This document shows, piece after piece, positions 62,050 to 64,000 of a stretch of DNA of 64,000 nucleotides. Where the stretch lies: assembly GCA_018398765.1 (NCBI GenBank), contig JAHBMJ010000024.1, positions 62,001 to 126,000 of the forward strand. Direction: 5' to 3'. This DNA comes from Chromera velia. Lineage: Eukaryota. The position numbers were made by a program, and so were the translations under genes. The notes under the pieces were generated by a model. It worked only from the letters and a program-made list of their open reading frames with translations, ran no database searches and was not told where the DNA came from. Every line of letters starts with the position of its first letter. Position 1 is the first letter of the stretch.

Positions 62050-63060
62050 GCTCCCGCCTTCAATCTCAGCATCACTCCCCTTTTGCCCCCCCCTGCCTCT
62101 ACTGAAGAATTGGAGCCAGGAGAGATTGATGAGGATATGGGAGAAGAAGAGGAAGAGGATAGAGATGCCGTGGATATGTCTTCAGGTGAGCCCTCTATTA
62201 GACAGCCGCAGAAGACTCAGCAGGAGCTCAGAAATGAGCAATTTCAGAAGTCTAGAGATGAATTGATGAGTGGATGCATGGGACCTCAGAAGGATTACCT
62301 GTGCTTATGCCACCATATATCCGTACTCGACTCTGTCCTGCAGAAAAGCCAGTTGACTGTTCCCAAACCACATGGGAAGTCACCTCGGCTCCTAGGAAAC
62401 TAAACCAGGATGTCACTCGAGTGACGGGGATTCATCCCTCACCCAGAGTTGAGAAATTCCTGGATGGCAATCCCAAGAGGATTGATGGGACCATCCACTA
62501 TCCGGTCCGGAAGAACGACGGAATTGTCGAAACAATGGGACCTAGCAAACGGGTTTATGCGTGAAATCCAGTTGAAGTCCATCAAGGCTCCCTCAATTCA
62601 ACTCAGCATAAATCCCAATCTGTCTCATACTGCCCCTACCGAAGTCGAACCAGGAGAGATAGTAGAGCCAGAAATGGGAGAAGAGGAGGAAGCCGGAGAG
62701 GATGATCGAATGGATATCTCATCTGATGAACCGTCGGACCGACAGCATCAGAAGTCACAGCAGGAGCTCAGAAATGAGCAAGTTCAGAAGTCTAGAGATG
62801 AACTGATGAGTGGATGCATGGGACCTCAAAAAGATTACCTGTGCTTATGCCACCATATCCCTATCCGACTCTGTCCTGCAAAGAAACCGATTGATTGTTC
62901 CCAAGAACAATGGGAAATCACATCGGCCCTCAGAAAGCTTAACCAGGATACGACCAGAGTGATGAAGATTCATCCTTCACCCCGAGTCGAACAATTCCTG
63001 GATGGTCATCCTAAAAGGATTGATGGAACCATACACTATCCAGTCCGAAAGAATGACGGA
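62050..63060 (+). repeat. Diverged 540-bp-period tandem duplication within coding-like sequence
   Basis: 62221-62520 aligns with 62761-63060 (QQELRNEQ.QKSRDELMSGCMGPQKDYLCLCHHI..RIDGTIHYPVRKNDG). The first copy has a frameshift near 62315. Confidence 0.9.
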
Positions 63061-64000
63061 AACTTTACGGTCAGCGAGAGAGTTGTTCCTGCTCTCGGTG
63101 GAGAATATTACGATCGACTGATCGTCCGATTCCCCACTGACGCATATCCCTCAGCATCAGCCGGATCACCAATGGTCAATCCCATTCTTCTTGACCAGGA
63201 AAAAGAGGATCAAGGAATTAGCAGAGAACAAGACACAGCAGAAAGAGCATTGTTAGGAGATAAGAAGGCATATCAGTTATCAGATTTCCGGCCAGCTTCC
63301 AGCAGAACAGACCGTCGCTCCGCGATGCCCTTATCCGCGTCGCCCCTCCTCTCTGGACTCTCCTCCTCCACCTCCTTCTTCACCATCGACATGAGGCTGA
63401 TCGACGGGGCGTTCCTTTGGAGAGGTCTGAACGCGCCAGAAGTCGAAGCAGCAGCAAGAGCGTCCTCAGCTCTCCACCCTCACCAAGTGGGCGCGGACCA
63501 CCTTCGAATGGATAGAGTGCGCGTGCCACGACCTGAAAATGTGCTACGGCATTCTGGGCGTCGCCGGCTATCAGCTTGCCTTCGACCTCTGTAACGGAGC
63601 TGCCCCGTTCTATATATAGTGATTAGATCTCGGTAACTCAAGGAGAAAGAGCTCGGTCTCAGCAAAGATGTCGTTCTTTGATTTTTTGGAAAGACTGCCT
63701 CGCTAGCGTGAAGGAAGAACATGAGTGAATGATGTAAGAAGGCAGGAGTAGTGTTTTAGAAGTGCGGCAGTATAAATTATATTTTCACTGATGACAAGCC
63801 AGCGAGAGAGATTGCAACTGCAATTTGTACGCCGTCTACGCCTTCCTGAGCGTGTCGGGTCTAATTTTTCTTATTGGAGGGTTAAGCCCTCCCTACATTA
63901 ATTACTCAGAGAATGCCAATGGAGGCAATCCTTGGATCCGCCCACAGAAAGAGGTCGTCTGCCAGGTTCTGTGCGCCGACTTCGGCGTCCTGATCGTTGC

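Overview
Eukaryotic nuclear DNA: GT-AG introns, long (TG)n/(TC)n/(TTTC)n microsatellites and one assembly gap. The style suggests a protist such as a chromerid alveolate; this is inference only. I see no intact housekeeping gene. The window is a repeat- and pseudogene-rich mosaic. Best-supported elements: (1) a 5.7-kb P-superfamily DNA transposon (2558-8298; 15-bp TIRs, 8-bp TSD) with a disabled transposase lacking a visible THAP domain, plus an intact divergent second ORF. (2) A 5'-truncated CRE-like non-LTR fragment. (3) A 544-bp CACTA-type MITE. (4) A 3.2-kb TA-flanked Tc1/mariner-type element (37303-40539) whose ends are two 389-bp DIRECT repeats, each bounded by its own 22-bp inverted repeats. 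It carries an intron-containing DD34D transposase and a GIY-YIG-like/zinc-knuckle gene, and is the most unusual object here. (5) Scattered, out-of-order LTR-retrotransposon pieces: integrase, RNase H, gag-like and RT. Between these lie gene fragments, nearly all on the + strand: Nudix, divergent histone H2A, MYND, RBR-RING2, 2OG-Fe oxygenase, ankyrin and Cys/His zinc fingers. There are also many local duplications and a 121-nt multi-hairpin element. All protein family calls are by eye from motifs; no searches were run.
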